Source: a virus
Taxonomy: Duplodnaviria; Heunggongvirae; Uroviricota; Caudoviricetes
Length of the DNA: 5,230 nt
IMG/VR virus record: IMGVR_UViG_2548877011_000013
Direction: 5' to 3' (one strand)
Shown: one piece after another, positions 1 to 5,230 of the stretch
Position numbering within the stretch: position 1 is the first letter of the stretch
Layout: the number at the start of each line of letters is the position of its first letter
Notes under the pieces: generated by a model
Seen by the model: only the letters and a program-made list of their open reading frames with translations
What the model was told of the DNA's origin: nothing
Databases searched by the model: none
Program-made: the position numbers and the translations under genes

Positions 1-192
1 ATGCACAAAGCATCTCCTGTTGAGTTAAGAACGAGCATTGAGATGGCACATAGCCTTGCTCAAATTGGAGTCAGGTTTGTGCCAATACCAGTAGAAACAG
101 ACGAAGAATTTCATACGTTAGCCGCATCCCTTTCACAAAAGCTGGAAATGATGGTGGCGAAAGCAGAAGCAGATGAGAGAGACCAGGTATGA
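1..192 (+). CDS. Small lambdoid early-region protein, lambda orf63-like (DUF1382-type); 63 aa
   Basis: ORF of exactly 63 codons starting at base 1 (window begins on the ATG). The sequence MHKASPVELRTSIEMAHSLAQIG...AKAEADER matches my recollection of the lambda orf63 family. Its stop TGA (190-192) overlaps the next ATG (189-191). Homology is from memory, not searched. Confidence 0.55.
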   Translation: MHKASPVELRTSIEMAHSLAQIGVRFVPIPVETDEEFHTLAASLSQKLEMMVAKAEADERDQV

Positions 193-272
193 CAACCACT
201 GAATGCATTTTTCTGGCAGCGGGCTTCATATTCTGTGTGCTTATGCTTGCCGACATGGGACTTGTTCAATGA
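189..272 (+). CDS. Micro-ORF encoding a 27-aa hydrophobic peptide (MTTTECIFLAAGFIFCVLMLADMGLVQ), putative single-TM small protein
   Basis: The ATG at 189 overlaps the upstream stop (gtATGA) and the stop at 270-272 overlaps the ATG at 269 (caATGA), so it is coupled at both ends. There is a weak purine-rich stretch (GAGAGAG, 175-181) upstream. The core is an uninterrupted hydrophobic run of about 19 residues. Below the 60-aa cutoff of the ORF track. Confidence 0.3.
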   Translation: MTTTECIFLAAGFIFCVLMLADMGLVQ

Positions 273-484
273 CACCTCAGCAAGAAAACGCCCTTCGCAG
301 TATTGCCCGTCAGGCTAATTCTGAAATCAAAAAAGCCAGACAGCAGTTTCCGGATAAAAACGTCAATGACATTTGCCGTAGCGTACTAAAGAAGCACCGC
401 GAAACGGTAACGCTGATGGGATTCACACCGACTCATTTAAGCCTGGTGATCGGCATGTTAAACGGCGTCTTTAAGGAACGGTGA
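269..484 (+). CDS. Small lambdoid early-region protein, lambda orf61-like; 71 aa from ATG 269 (alternative in-frame start at 203 gives 93 aa)
   Basis: Same reading frame as track ORF 203..484. I prefer the start at 269 because of the ATGA overlap with the upstream micro-ORF and because the 22 residues added by the 203 start are Cys-rich with no Shine-Dalgarno sequence. Position after the orf63-like gene matches lambda gene order. Family assignment is from memory. Confidence 0.5.
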   Translation: MTPQQENALRSIARQANSEIKKARQQFPDKNVNDICRSVLKKHRETVTLMGFTPTHLSLVIGMLNGVFKER

Positions 485-505
485 ACATGAAAAGCAAAAT
501 CATCA

Positions 506-530
506 GGGAGCTACAGGCTCCTTTTTTATT
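506..530 (+). terminator. Candidate intrinsic terminator: 5-bp GC-rich stem GGAGC(507-511)/GCTCC(517-521), 5-nt loop, followed by TTTTTTATT
   Basis: Read directly from the sequence: gGGAGCtacagGCTCCttttttatt in the 98-nt intergenic gap between 484 and 583. The stem is short, so this would be a weak, probably antitermination-sensitive terminator. Confidence 0.35.
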
Positions 531-582
531 GTTCGCATTCATCCTCAAGCGTATTAACCAACAATTCAGGGATTAATGGAAG

Positions 583-804
583 ATGGCAGACATCATTGAT
601 TCAGCATCAGAAATTGAAGAATTACAGCGCAACACAGCAATAAAAATGCGCCGCCTGAACCACCAGGCTATATCTGCCACTCATTGTTGTGAGTGTGGCG
701 ATCCGATAGATGAACGAAGACGCCTGGCCGTTCAGGGTTGTCGGACTTGTGCAAGTTGCCAGGAGGATCTGGAGCTTATCAGTAAACAGAGAGGTTCGAA
801 GTGA
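583..804 (+). CDS. TraR/DksA-family C4 zinc-finger protein (lambda Orf73-like RNA-polymerase secondary-channel binder); 73 aa
   Basis: Motif C35-x2-C38-x17-C56-x2-C59 (HCCECGDP...GCRTCASC) is the canonical TraR/DksA zinc finger. Length (73 aa) and position just upstream of ea22 match lambda orf73. The stop TGA (802-804) overlaps the GTG start of the next gene. Confidence 0.8.
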   Translation: MADIIDSASEIEELQRNTAIKMRRLNHQAISATHCCECGDPIDERRRLAVQGCRTCASCQEDLELISKQRGSK

Positions 805-1571
805 GCGAAATTAATTATCAGGCACTGCGTGAAAAGGCAGAGAAAGCAACTAAAGGAAGCTACATCGTAGGGCATACATCTGTTAACCAGCACGGCAATT
901 TAACAGGAGTTTTTGTTTGCCAAAAATGGAAAGGAGAACCCGGTGGCGTGATTGCGGAATGTCATGTTAACTGCCTGATTGAATCAGATGCTCAGGCTTA
1001 TGCAAACGCTGAATTCATAGCAGAGGCTAACCCGGCTACCGTGCTGGCACTGCTGGATGAACAGGAAAGAAACCAGCAATACATCAAACGCCGCGACCAG
1101 GAGAACGAGGATATTGCTCTTACGGTAGGGAAGCTGCGTGTTGAGCTGGAAGCAGCAGAGAACAACCTTATTGATAGTGAATGCCATGTTGCTGAACTGG
1201 AAGAAGCGCTACGCGATAAGCAGGCGTTACTTGAAGCCTCAGAAAAGCGCAACGCAAAATTACAAAGCGAGAATGCATACATCCGCAACCGGTACAAAGA
1301 ACTGGACCTATTAATCGGGAAAAACATTCTTGTCATGCAGGCTGCGATTATCGAATGGCAGGCAACTGGCGACGCTAAAAGCGGACTGGCATGGATTTAT
1401 AACACACTGTTTGGCCCAGGCGAATTACCGGACGAATCTGAGAAAGATGCTCAGGCCTACTTTAATCGCAAATATGCACCGATTGACGAAAATCTCATGG
1501 AGCTTCACAAGTGGTTTTGGGAACAAAGTGAAGCCGAGCGCGCCGCTGGCATTCGCATCAAAGGAGAGTGA
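801..1571 (+). CDS. Ead/Ea22-like family protein; 256 aa with a central coiled-coil region
   Basis: GTG start at 801 with GAGAGG 6 nt upstream, overlapping the upstream stop (GTGA). The N-terminus MSEINYQALREKAEKAT and the motif EFIAEANPATVLALLDEQE match the conserved Ead/Ea22 signature as I recall it. The middle region is heptad-like and rich in E/K/R/L/A. Confidence 0.7.
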   Translation: MSEINYQALREKAEKATKGSYIVGHTSVNQHGNLTGVFVCQKWKGEPGGVIAECHVNCLIESDAQAYANAEFIAEANPATVLALLDEQERNQQYIKRRDQENEDIALTVGKLRVELEAAENNLIDSECHVAELEEALRDKQALLEASEKRNAKLQSENAYIRNRYKELDLLIGKNILVMQAAIIEWQATGDAKSGLAWIYNTLFGPGELPDESEKDAQAYFNRKYAPIDENLMELHKWFWEQSEAERAAGIRIKGE

Positions 1572-1572
1572 T

Positions 1573-2328
1573 ATGATTCACTACCACGGTGGGCCTATTA
1601 CTCCTGATACGTGCGCAATGAGAGCATGGAAAGGGCGACATGCGTTTATCAGTTTTGCGCATTCAGGCCAGATCAATCTCGCGGCTGAATACTGTCAGTC
1701 GTTCGCGCTGGACAACGGTGCATTCACCGCCTGGAAAGCAGCTGGCAAAAACAAAATCGACTGGAGCGATTACTACGAGTTTGTTGCTCGCTGGAAGAAT
1801 CACCCAGGATTCGATTTTGCCATTATCCCGGATGTTATTGATGGCGGAGAGGAGGAAAATGATGCGCTTCTGAATGAGTGGCCTCACGGAAAACTAGCTG
1901 GCGTTCCAGTGTGGCACATGAATGAAAGTGACGAGCGATTTATTCATTTGTGCAATGAGTTTCCGCGAGTGGCTATCGGTAGTTGTGGCGACTATGACGT
2001 AAAGCGCCCAACTCTTGCGGTAGCCAGAATGAAAGACCTGATTCGTCACATTGTTGATGGGCATGGTCAGCCGGTTACGAAACTACATGGATTGCGCATG
2101 TTAAATCCGCTGATATTCACAAAATTACCCTTAGCCAGCGCAGATAGTACGAACGTCGCTCGAAACATCGGTATTGATAAAGCCTGGTCTGGGGCTTATG
2201 CACCTGCAAGTAAAGAGACACGCGCAGCATTAATGGTAGAACGGATTGAGGCACACAATAGCCCTGGTTCTCTTGCGTATTGTGAACAACGCGACCGCTT
2301 TGAAATGCAATTGCAACTAGCACTTTAA
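1573..2328 (+). CDS. TGT-fold protein, DpdA-like DNA-guanine transglycosylase candidate (7-deazaguanine DNA modification); 251 aa
   Basis: ATG at 1573, 2 nt after the Ea22 stop, with AGGAG at 1562-1566. The track ORF 1330..2328 is an out-of-frame upstream extension into Ea22. Motifs align in order and spacing with E. coli Tgt: LDNGAF (D47) to DSGGFQ, FAIIPDVID (D87) to IFDEC, VAIGSCG to AVGGL, and DSTNVARNIG to DCVMPTRNARNG. The C-terminal CxCxxC...H zinc module of tRNA TGTs is absent, as in phage DpdA. The ORF call is firm; the functional call is moderate. Confidence 0.5.
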   Translation: MIHYHGGPITPDTCAMRAWKGRHAFISFAHSGQINLAAEYCQSFALDNGAFTAWKAAGKNKIDWSDYYEFVARWKNHPGFDFAIIPDVIDGGEEENDALLNEWPHGKLAGVPVWHMNESDERFIHLCNEFPRVAIGSCGDYDVKRPTLAVARMKDLIRHIVDGHGQPVTKLHGLRMLNPLIFTKLPLASADSTNVARNIGIDKAWSGAYAPASKETRAALMVERIEAHNSPGSLAYCEQRDRFEMQLQLAL

Positions 2329-2338
2329 GGACTAACAA

Positions 2339-3169
2339 ATGACCACTATTACCAAAGAACGTATTGAATTGTTCATTAAAAATCCGCTTGAAAACGGGCT
2401 TACTCGTGGCGAACAAATGGAACTGGCACGAATTGCACTGGCATCACTGGAACGCGAACTGATTCGCCACGAGCATGCCAAATGGTCTGACTCCACATTT
2501 GGCTGCGTTGGCCCCATTGGTCCACTGAAACACCTCTCAAAAGAGGCTCTGGAAGCCGCAGCCGAACCAGACGATCTCAGCGAGTGGGCTGATATGCATT
2601 TCCTGTTGTGGGATGCACAGCGCCGTGCTGGCATCAGCGATGCTGAAATTACCGCTGCTATGGAAGATAAATTGAAGATCAACATGGAGCGCCAGTGGCC
2701 TGAACCAAAAGATGGTGAGCCTCGCTTGCACATTAAAGAACCCGGCAACTCTCCGGTAATTCCGGATGGTTTATCCACGGTATGCGCTGAGGCTTATCAG
2801 GTTGTAGGAGTTATGGCAGATGCGCTTGGTGTATTCGGTGATGCAGCAGTACAGAAAGTTCTGGATAACCTGTCACAGCAAAAACTTGTTCACAGAGATG
2901 TGCTGCCGTTCTCGCTTCCGGCAACTCCGGATGGTTGGATAAGCTGTAGTGAGCGAATGCCTGAAATGGGAGAGCGACAATGCTATGTGTTAGCAGCTGA
3001 CTTTAAAAACAACTACCCACCAAACATCCCCAACACTCAGGTCGGCGTATATGGCGACTGGTTTAATGATGGCAAGCCCACTTGGGATGACGGTGATGGC
3101 GAAGACCTGTATCTCAAAGAGGTAACCCACTGGATGCAGCTACCAGAACCGCCGCAGGAGGTGAAATGA
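2339..3169 (+). CDS. Two-domain phage protein: N-terminal MazG-like dATP/dGTP pyrophosphohydrolase domain (DUF550-type) plus C-terminal DUF551; 276 aa
   Basis: AAGGA 7 nt upstream of ATG 2339. The N-terminal ~120 aa is all-alpha with acidic clusters (KHLSKEALEAAAEPDDLSEWADMHFLLWDAQRRAGISDAEI) typical of the MazG/HisE-like fold. The C-terminus has DGWISCSERMPE ... VTHWMQLPEPP, which matches the DUF551 signature. Assignment from memory. Confidence 0.65.
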   Translation: MTTITKERIELFIKNPLENGLTRGEQMELARIALASLERELIRHEHAKWSDSTFGCVGPIGPLKHLSKEALEAAAEPDDLSEWADMHFLLWDAQRRAGISDAEITAAMEDKLKINMERQWPEPKDGEPRLHIKEPGNSPVIPDGLSTVCAEAYQVVGVMADALGVFGDAAVQKVLDNLSQQKLVHRDVLPFSLPATPDGWISCSERMPEMGERQCYVLAADFKNNYPPNIPNTQVGVYGDWFNDGKPTWDDGDGEDLYLKEVTHWMQLPEPPQEVK

Positions 3170-3252
3170 TGAATTGGCCTGAAGCATTCACCGCAGTTGG
3201 AGTTGCAATAGCGGTGGCATTTATTCTGTATTCGCTTTTCCGCTGGGGATAA
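3166..3252 (+). CDS. Micro-ORF encoding a 28-aa single-TM peptide (MMNWPEAFTAVGVAIAVAFILYSLFRWG)
   Basis: The ATG at 3166 overlaps the stop of the preceding gene (aaATGA), and the ORF ends 4 nt before the next gene. It has a 19-residue hydrophobic core flanked by Trp and Arg. The preceding GGAGG at 3157-3161 could serve as its Shine-Dalgarno sequence. Below the track cutoff. Confidence 0.35.
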   Translation: MMNWPEAFTAVGVAIAVAFILYSLFRWG

Positions 3253-3256
3253 AGGA

Positions 3257-3499
3257 ATGTTCGCTCTGATTCAACGTGGTCAGATATACACGGACAGAGC
3301 CGGATACCCTGTGGTGATTACTCGCAGTACTCAGCACTCAGTGTTCTTTCGACGCATGGACGGGCGCTCCGGACGGGTACGCATTGGTGAGTTCAACAAC
3401 CTGTTCGAACATATTGACCAACAGGAGTACCGCAAAATTCTGGCGGGCACTGAGCAGGAAATGCGCCTGAAAAAATTACGCGCAATGCAACGGAGGTGA
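3257..3499 (+). CDS. DUF4222-like small phage protein; 80 aa
   Basis: ORF with GGGGA 7 nt upstream of the ATG. The sequence MFALIQRGQIYTDRAGYPVVITR...FFRRMDG resembles the DUF4222 family common in enterobacterial prophage ea regions, from memory. Confidence 0.6.
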   Translation: MFALIQRGQIYTDRAGYPVVITRSTQHSVFFRRMDGRSGRVRIGEFNNLFEHIDQQEYRKILAGTEQEMRLKKLRAMQRR

Positions 3500-3502
3500 T
3501 AC

Positions 3503-3637
3503 ATGCATACGGCTTTTGAGTTCTGGGTTCGCAAGACATTCGGCAATCGCTACGACCTGACCCGTGATGTCGACGGCTTCTACTGCCGTGAAGTTGTGAA
3601 ACGAATGTTTGACGTGTGGTTCCACTGCCGTGGATGA
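3503..3637 (+). CDS. Unannotated small ORF, 44 aa (MHTAFEFWVRKTFGNRYDLTRDVDGFYCREVVKRMFDVWFHCRG), hypothetical protein
   Basis: GGAGG (3493-3497) sits 5 nt upstream of ATG 3503, and the ORF starts 3 nt after the upstream stop. It fills an otherwise unexplained 156-nt gap in a tightly packed operon. Below the track cutoff. Confidence 0.4.
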   Translation: MHTAFEFWVRKTFGNRYDLTRDVDGFYCREVVKRMFDVWFHCRG

Positions 3638-3655
3638 AAGTTTTATGAGGTTGGC

Positions 3656-3910
3656 ATGCAGACAATCATCTATCAGATAACCCCCAGCAAATGGTGTACG
3701 GAGAGAGTCCTTATTGCATCAACAGGGCTAAAGCCCGGCACCATCGAGCGGGCCAGAAGAAAGTCATGGATGCAGGGAAAAGAATACCGCCATTACGCTG
3801 TAGAAGGTGATCCTGGGCATTACAGTGAATGCCTGTACAACATCGAAGAAATTATGCGATGGATCGAAAACCAGAAACAACCAGGTGCCAAAAATGCAAG
3901 TTCCGGTTAA
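3656..3910 (+). CDS. xis: Excisionase / recombination directionality factor (Rac XisR-like); 84 aa
   Basis: Immediately upstream of the integrase on the same strand, with GAGG 5 nt before the ATG. Small and basic, with the segment ITPSKWCTERVLIASTGLKPGTIERARRK resembling a winged-helix excisionase N-terminus. Function is inferred mainly from position and size. Confidence 0.6.
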   Translation: MQTIIYQITPSKWCTERVLIASTGLKPGTIERARRKSWMQGKEYRHYAVEGDPGHYSECLYNIEEIMRWIENQKQPGAKNASSG

Positions 3911-3943
3911 CCTGTTAATGCTCCTGGACGTCTGGGAGGTTTA

Positions 3944-5230
3944 ATGAGTAACGCATCATACCCGACAGGCGTTGAAAACCATGGAGGATCACTCCGTATA
4001 TGGTTTCACTATAATGGCAAACGTGTCAGAGAAAACCTCGGTGTTCCTGACACAGCCAAAAACCGGAAGATCGCTGGTGAACTTCGCACTTCCGTTTGTT
4101 TTGCAATCAGAATGGGGAGTTTCGACTACGCCGCGCAGTTCCCTAATTCCCCTAACCTGAAACACTTTGGTCTGGGAAAAAGAGAGATAACCGTTAAGGC
4201 ACTTTCGGAAAAATGGTTGGACCTTAAGAAAATTGAGATTTGTGCGAATGCACTTAACCGTTACCAGTCAGTAATTAAAAACATGTTACCAATGTTAGGT
4301 GAAAAAAAACTGGTTTCATCCATAACAAAAGAGGATTTACTTTTCGTAAGGAGAGATTTGTTGACCGGTTACCAAAAGCTTTCTAATGGAAAGACTTCTT
4401 CCATAAAAGGGCGCTCAGTGGTCACGGTAAACTACTATATGACAACCATAGCTGGAATGTTTCAATTTGCAACAGATAATGGTTATACCTCAGGAAACCC
4501 ATTTAACGGTCTGGCTCCCTTAAAAAAGTCCAAGGTAAAACCAGATCCTCTCACCCGTGACGAATTTATTCGTTTTATTGAGGCTTGCCGTCATCAACAA
4601 ACAAAAAACCTGTGGATTCTCGCTGTATACACGGGTATTCGTCACGGGGAGTTGGTATCGCTGGCATGGGAAGATATAGACCTTAAAGCAAGGACTATAA
4701 CCATCCGTAGAAATTATACAAAACTTGGCGAATTCACTCCACCAAAAACCGATGCAGGCACCGGAAGGACAATTCATCTGGTTCAACCAGCTATTGATGC
4801 TCTTAAAAGCCAGGCGGAAATGACCATGCTTGGAAAGCAACATTCTGTAGAGGTGAAGCAGAGGGAATATGGGAGAACTGCTGTGCATAAATGCACTTTT
4901 GTTTTTAGTCCTCAGGTAACAAAACAGCAGCAGTTGTCCGGACCTCACTACAAGGTTGACTCCATCAGGGAGTCATGGACAAGTATCTTAAAACGCGCAG
5001 GTCTGAGACACAGAAAATCGTACCAATCCAGGCATACTTATGCATGCTGGTCACTTGCCGCAGGAGCTAATCCTAGTTTTATCGCAAGCCAGATGGGCCA
5101 CACAAACGCACAAATGGTATTCAATGTTTACGGAGCATGGATGAAAGACAACAATCACGAACAGATAGAACTCCTTAACAAAAGACTATCTGAAAGTGTC
5201 CCATGTATGCCCCATAAGAAAGCAGGGTAA
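3944..5230 (+). CDS. int: Tyrosine-type site-specific integrase, lambdoid (Rac IntR / HK620-like) with N-terminal arm-binding domain; 428 aa, complete
   Basis: GGGAGG 4 nt upstream of the ATG. N-terminal arm-type domain (LRIWFHYNGKRVRENLG...FDYAAQFP). Catalytic-core motifs GIRHGEL, LAWEDIDL, SRHTYACW, AGANPSFIASQMGH and NVYGAW, the last carrying the presumed catalytic Tyr. Stop TAA at the window end. Confidence 0.92.
   Translation: MSNASYPTGVENHGGSLRIWFHYNGKRVRENLGVPDTAKNRKIAGELRTSVCFAIRMGSFDYAAQFPNSPNLKHFGLGKREITVKALSEKWLDLKKIEICANALNRYQSVIKNMLPMLGEKKLVSSITKEDLLFVRRDLLTGYQKLSNGKTSSIKGRSVVTVNYYMTTIAGMFQFATDNGYTSGNPFNGLAPLKKSKVKPDPLTRDEFIRFIEACRHQQTKNLWILAVYTGIRHGELVSLAWEDIDLKARTITIRRNYTKLGEFTPPKTDAGTGRTIHLVQPAIDALKSQAEMTMLGKQHSVEVKQREYGRTAVHKCTFVFSPQVTKQQQLSGPHYKVDSIRESWTSILKRAGLRHRKSYQSRHTYACWSLAAGANPSFIASQMGHTNAQMVFNVYGAWMKDNNHEQIELLNKRLSESVPCMPHKKAG

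Noticed and set aside
71-256. Minus-strand ORF of 61 aa
   Set aside because: Lies antisense to the orf63-like gene and the coupled micro-ORF, with no ribosome-binding site and an unremarkable translation; likely a chance ORF.
203-268. Upstream in-frame start (ATG 203) for the orf61-like gene
   Set aside because: It adds 22 Cys-rich residues with no Shine-Dalgarno sequence and would run in a different frame across the coupled micro-ORF. ATG 269 with the ATGA overlap is more plausible, though the longer form is not excluded.
487-576. 29-codon ORF (MKSKIIRELQAPFLLFAFILKRINQQFRD) in the 485-582 gap
   Set aside because: It contains the hairpin and T-tract in its middle, so the region is better explained as a terminator and regulatory spacer. 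It also lacks a good ribosome-binding site.
984-1336. Minus-strand ORFs 984..1187 and 998..1336
   Set aside because: Antisense to the Ea22-like gene. The translations are Ser/Ala/Arg-rich and low in complexity, typical of reverse-frame artefacts.
1330-1572. N-terminal extension of track ORF 1330..2328
   Set aside because: It overlaps the Ea22-like gene out of frame for 242 nt. The ATG at 1573 has an AGGAG and directly follows the Ea22 stop, so the true start is 1573.
1640-1887. ORFs 1640..1873 (+) and 1663..1887 (-) inside the TGT-like gene
   Set aside because: Alternative-frame and antisense ORFs within a gene supported by motifs; no independent signals.
2117-2778. Minus-strand ORFs 2117..2416, 2332..2778 and 2537..2731
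   Set aside because: Antisense to the TGT-like and DUF550/DUF551 genes, with Ser/Arg-rich translations and no ribosome-binding sites. They would break the one-directional operon.
3331-3665. Minus-strand ORFs 3331..3546 and 3393..3665
   Set aside because: Antisense to the DUF4222-like gene and the 44-codon ORF; Arg/Cys/Ser-rich low-complexity products.
3656-3910. Lambda-type cII-dependent pI promoter (TTGC-N6-TTGC) within xis
   Set aside because: Searched the xis region and the upstream 150 nt by eye; only a single TTGC with no correctly spaced partner, so there is no support.
3972-4160. Plus-strand 62-aa ORF in an alternative frame within int
   Set aside because: Fully embedded in the integrase reading frame, which is supported by catalytic motifs.
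4520-4948. Minus-strand 142-aa ORF
   Set aside because: Antisense to the integrase catalytic domain; an AT-rich region produces long chance ORFs.
5180-5230. Attachment site (attP or attL core)
   Set aside because: Expected downstream of int, but the window ends at the int stop codon; nothing in the window can be assigned as an att core.

Overview
The window reads as the integrase-proximal end of a lambdoid prophage (the pL-distal 'b/ea' region). All supported genes are on the + strand and tightly packed, many with overlapping or near-abutting stop/start codons, so it looks like one leftward-operon-type transcript ending in xis-int. The order resembles phage lambda: orf63-like, orf61-like, TraR/Orf73-like zinc finger, Ead/Ea22-like, then a cargo block, then excisionase and a tyrosine integrase. 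The cargo block sits where lambda carries ea8.5 and holds the most interesting gene: a 251-aa protein with motifs of the tRNA-guanine transglycosylase (TGT) fold but no C-terminal zinc-binding region, which I interpret as a DpdA-like DNA-guanine transglycosylase (7-deazaguanine DNA modification, candidate anti-restriction). It is followed by a MazG-like(DUF550)/DUF551 fusion protein, a DUF4222-like protein and three unannotated micro-ORFs, two of which encode single-pass hydrophobic peptides. I see no tRNA, rRNA, CRISPR array or IS element; the attachment site is expected just beyond the window's 3' end. All homology calls are from recalled motifs, not from searches, and the minus-strand ORFs in the track look like antisense artefacts.
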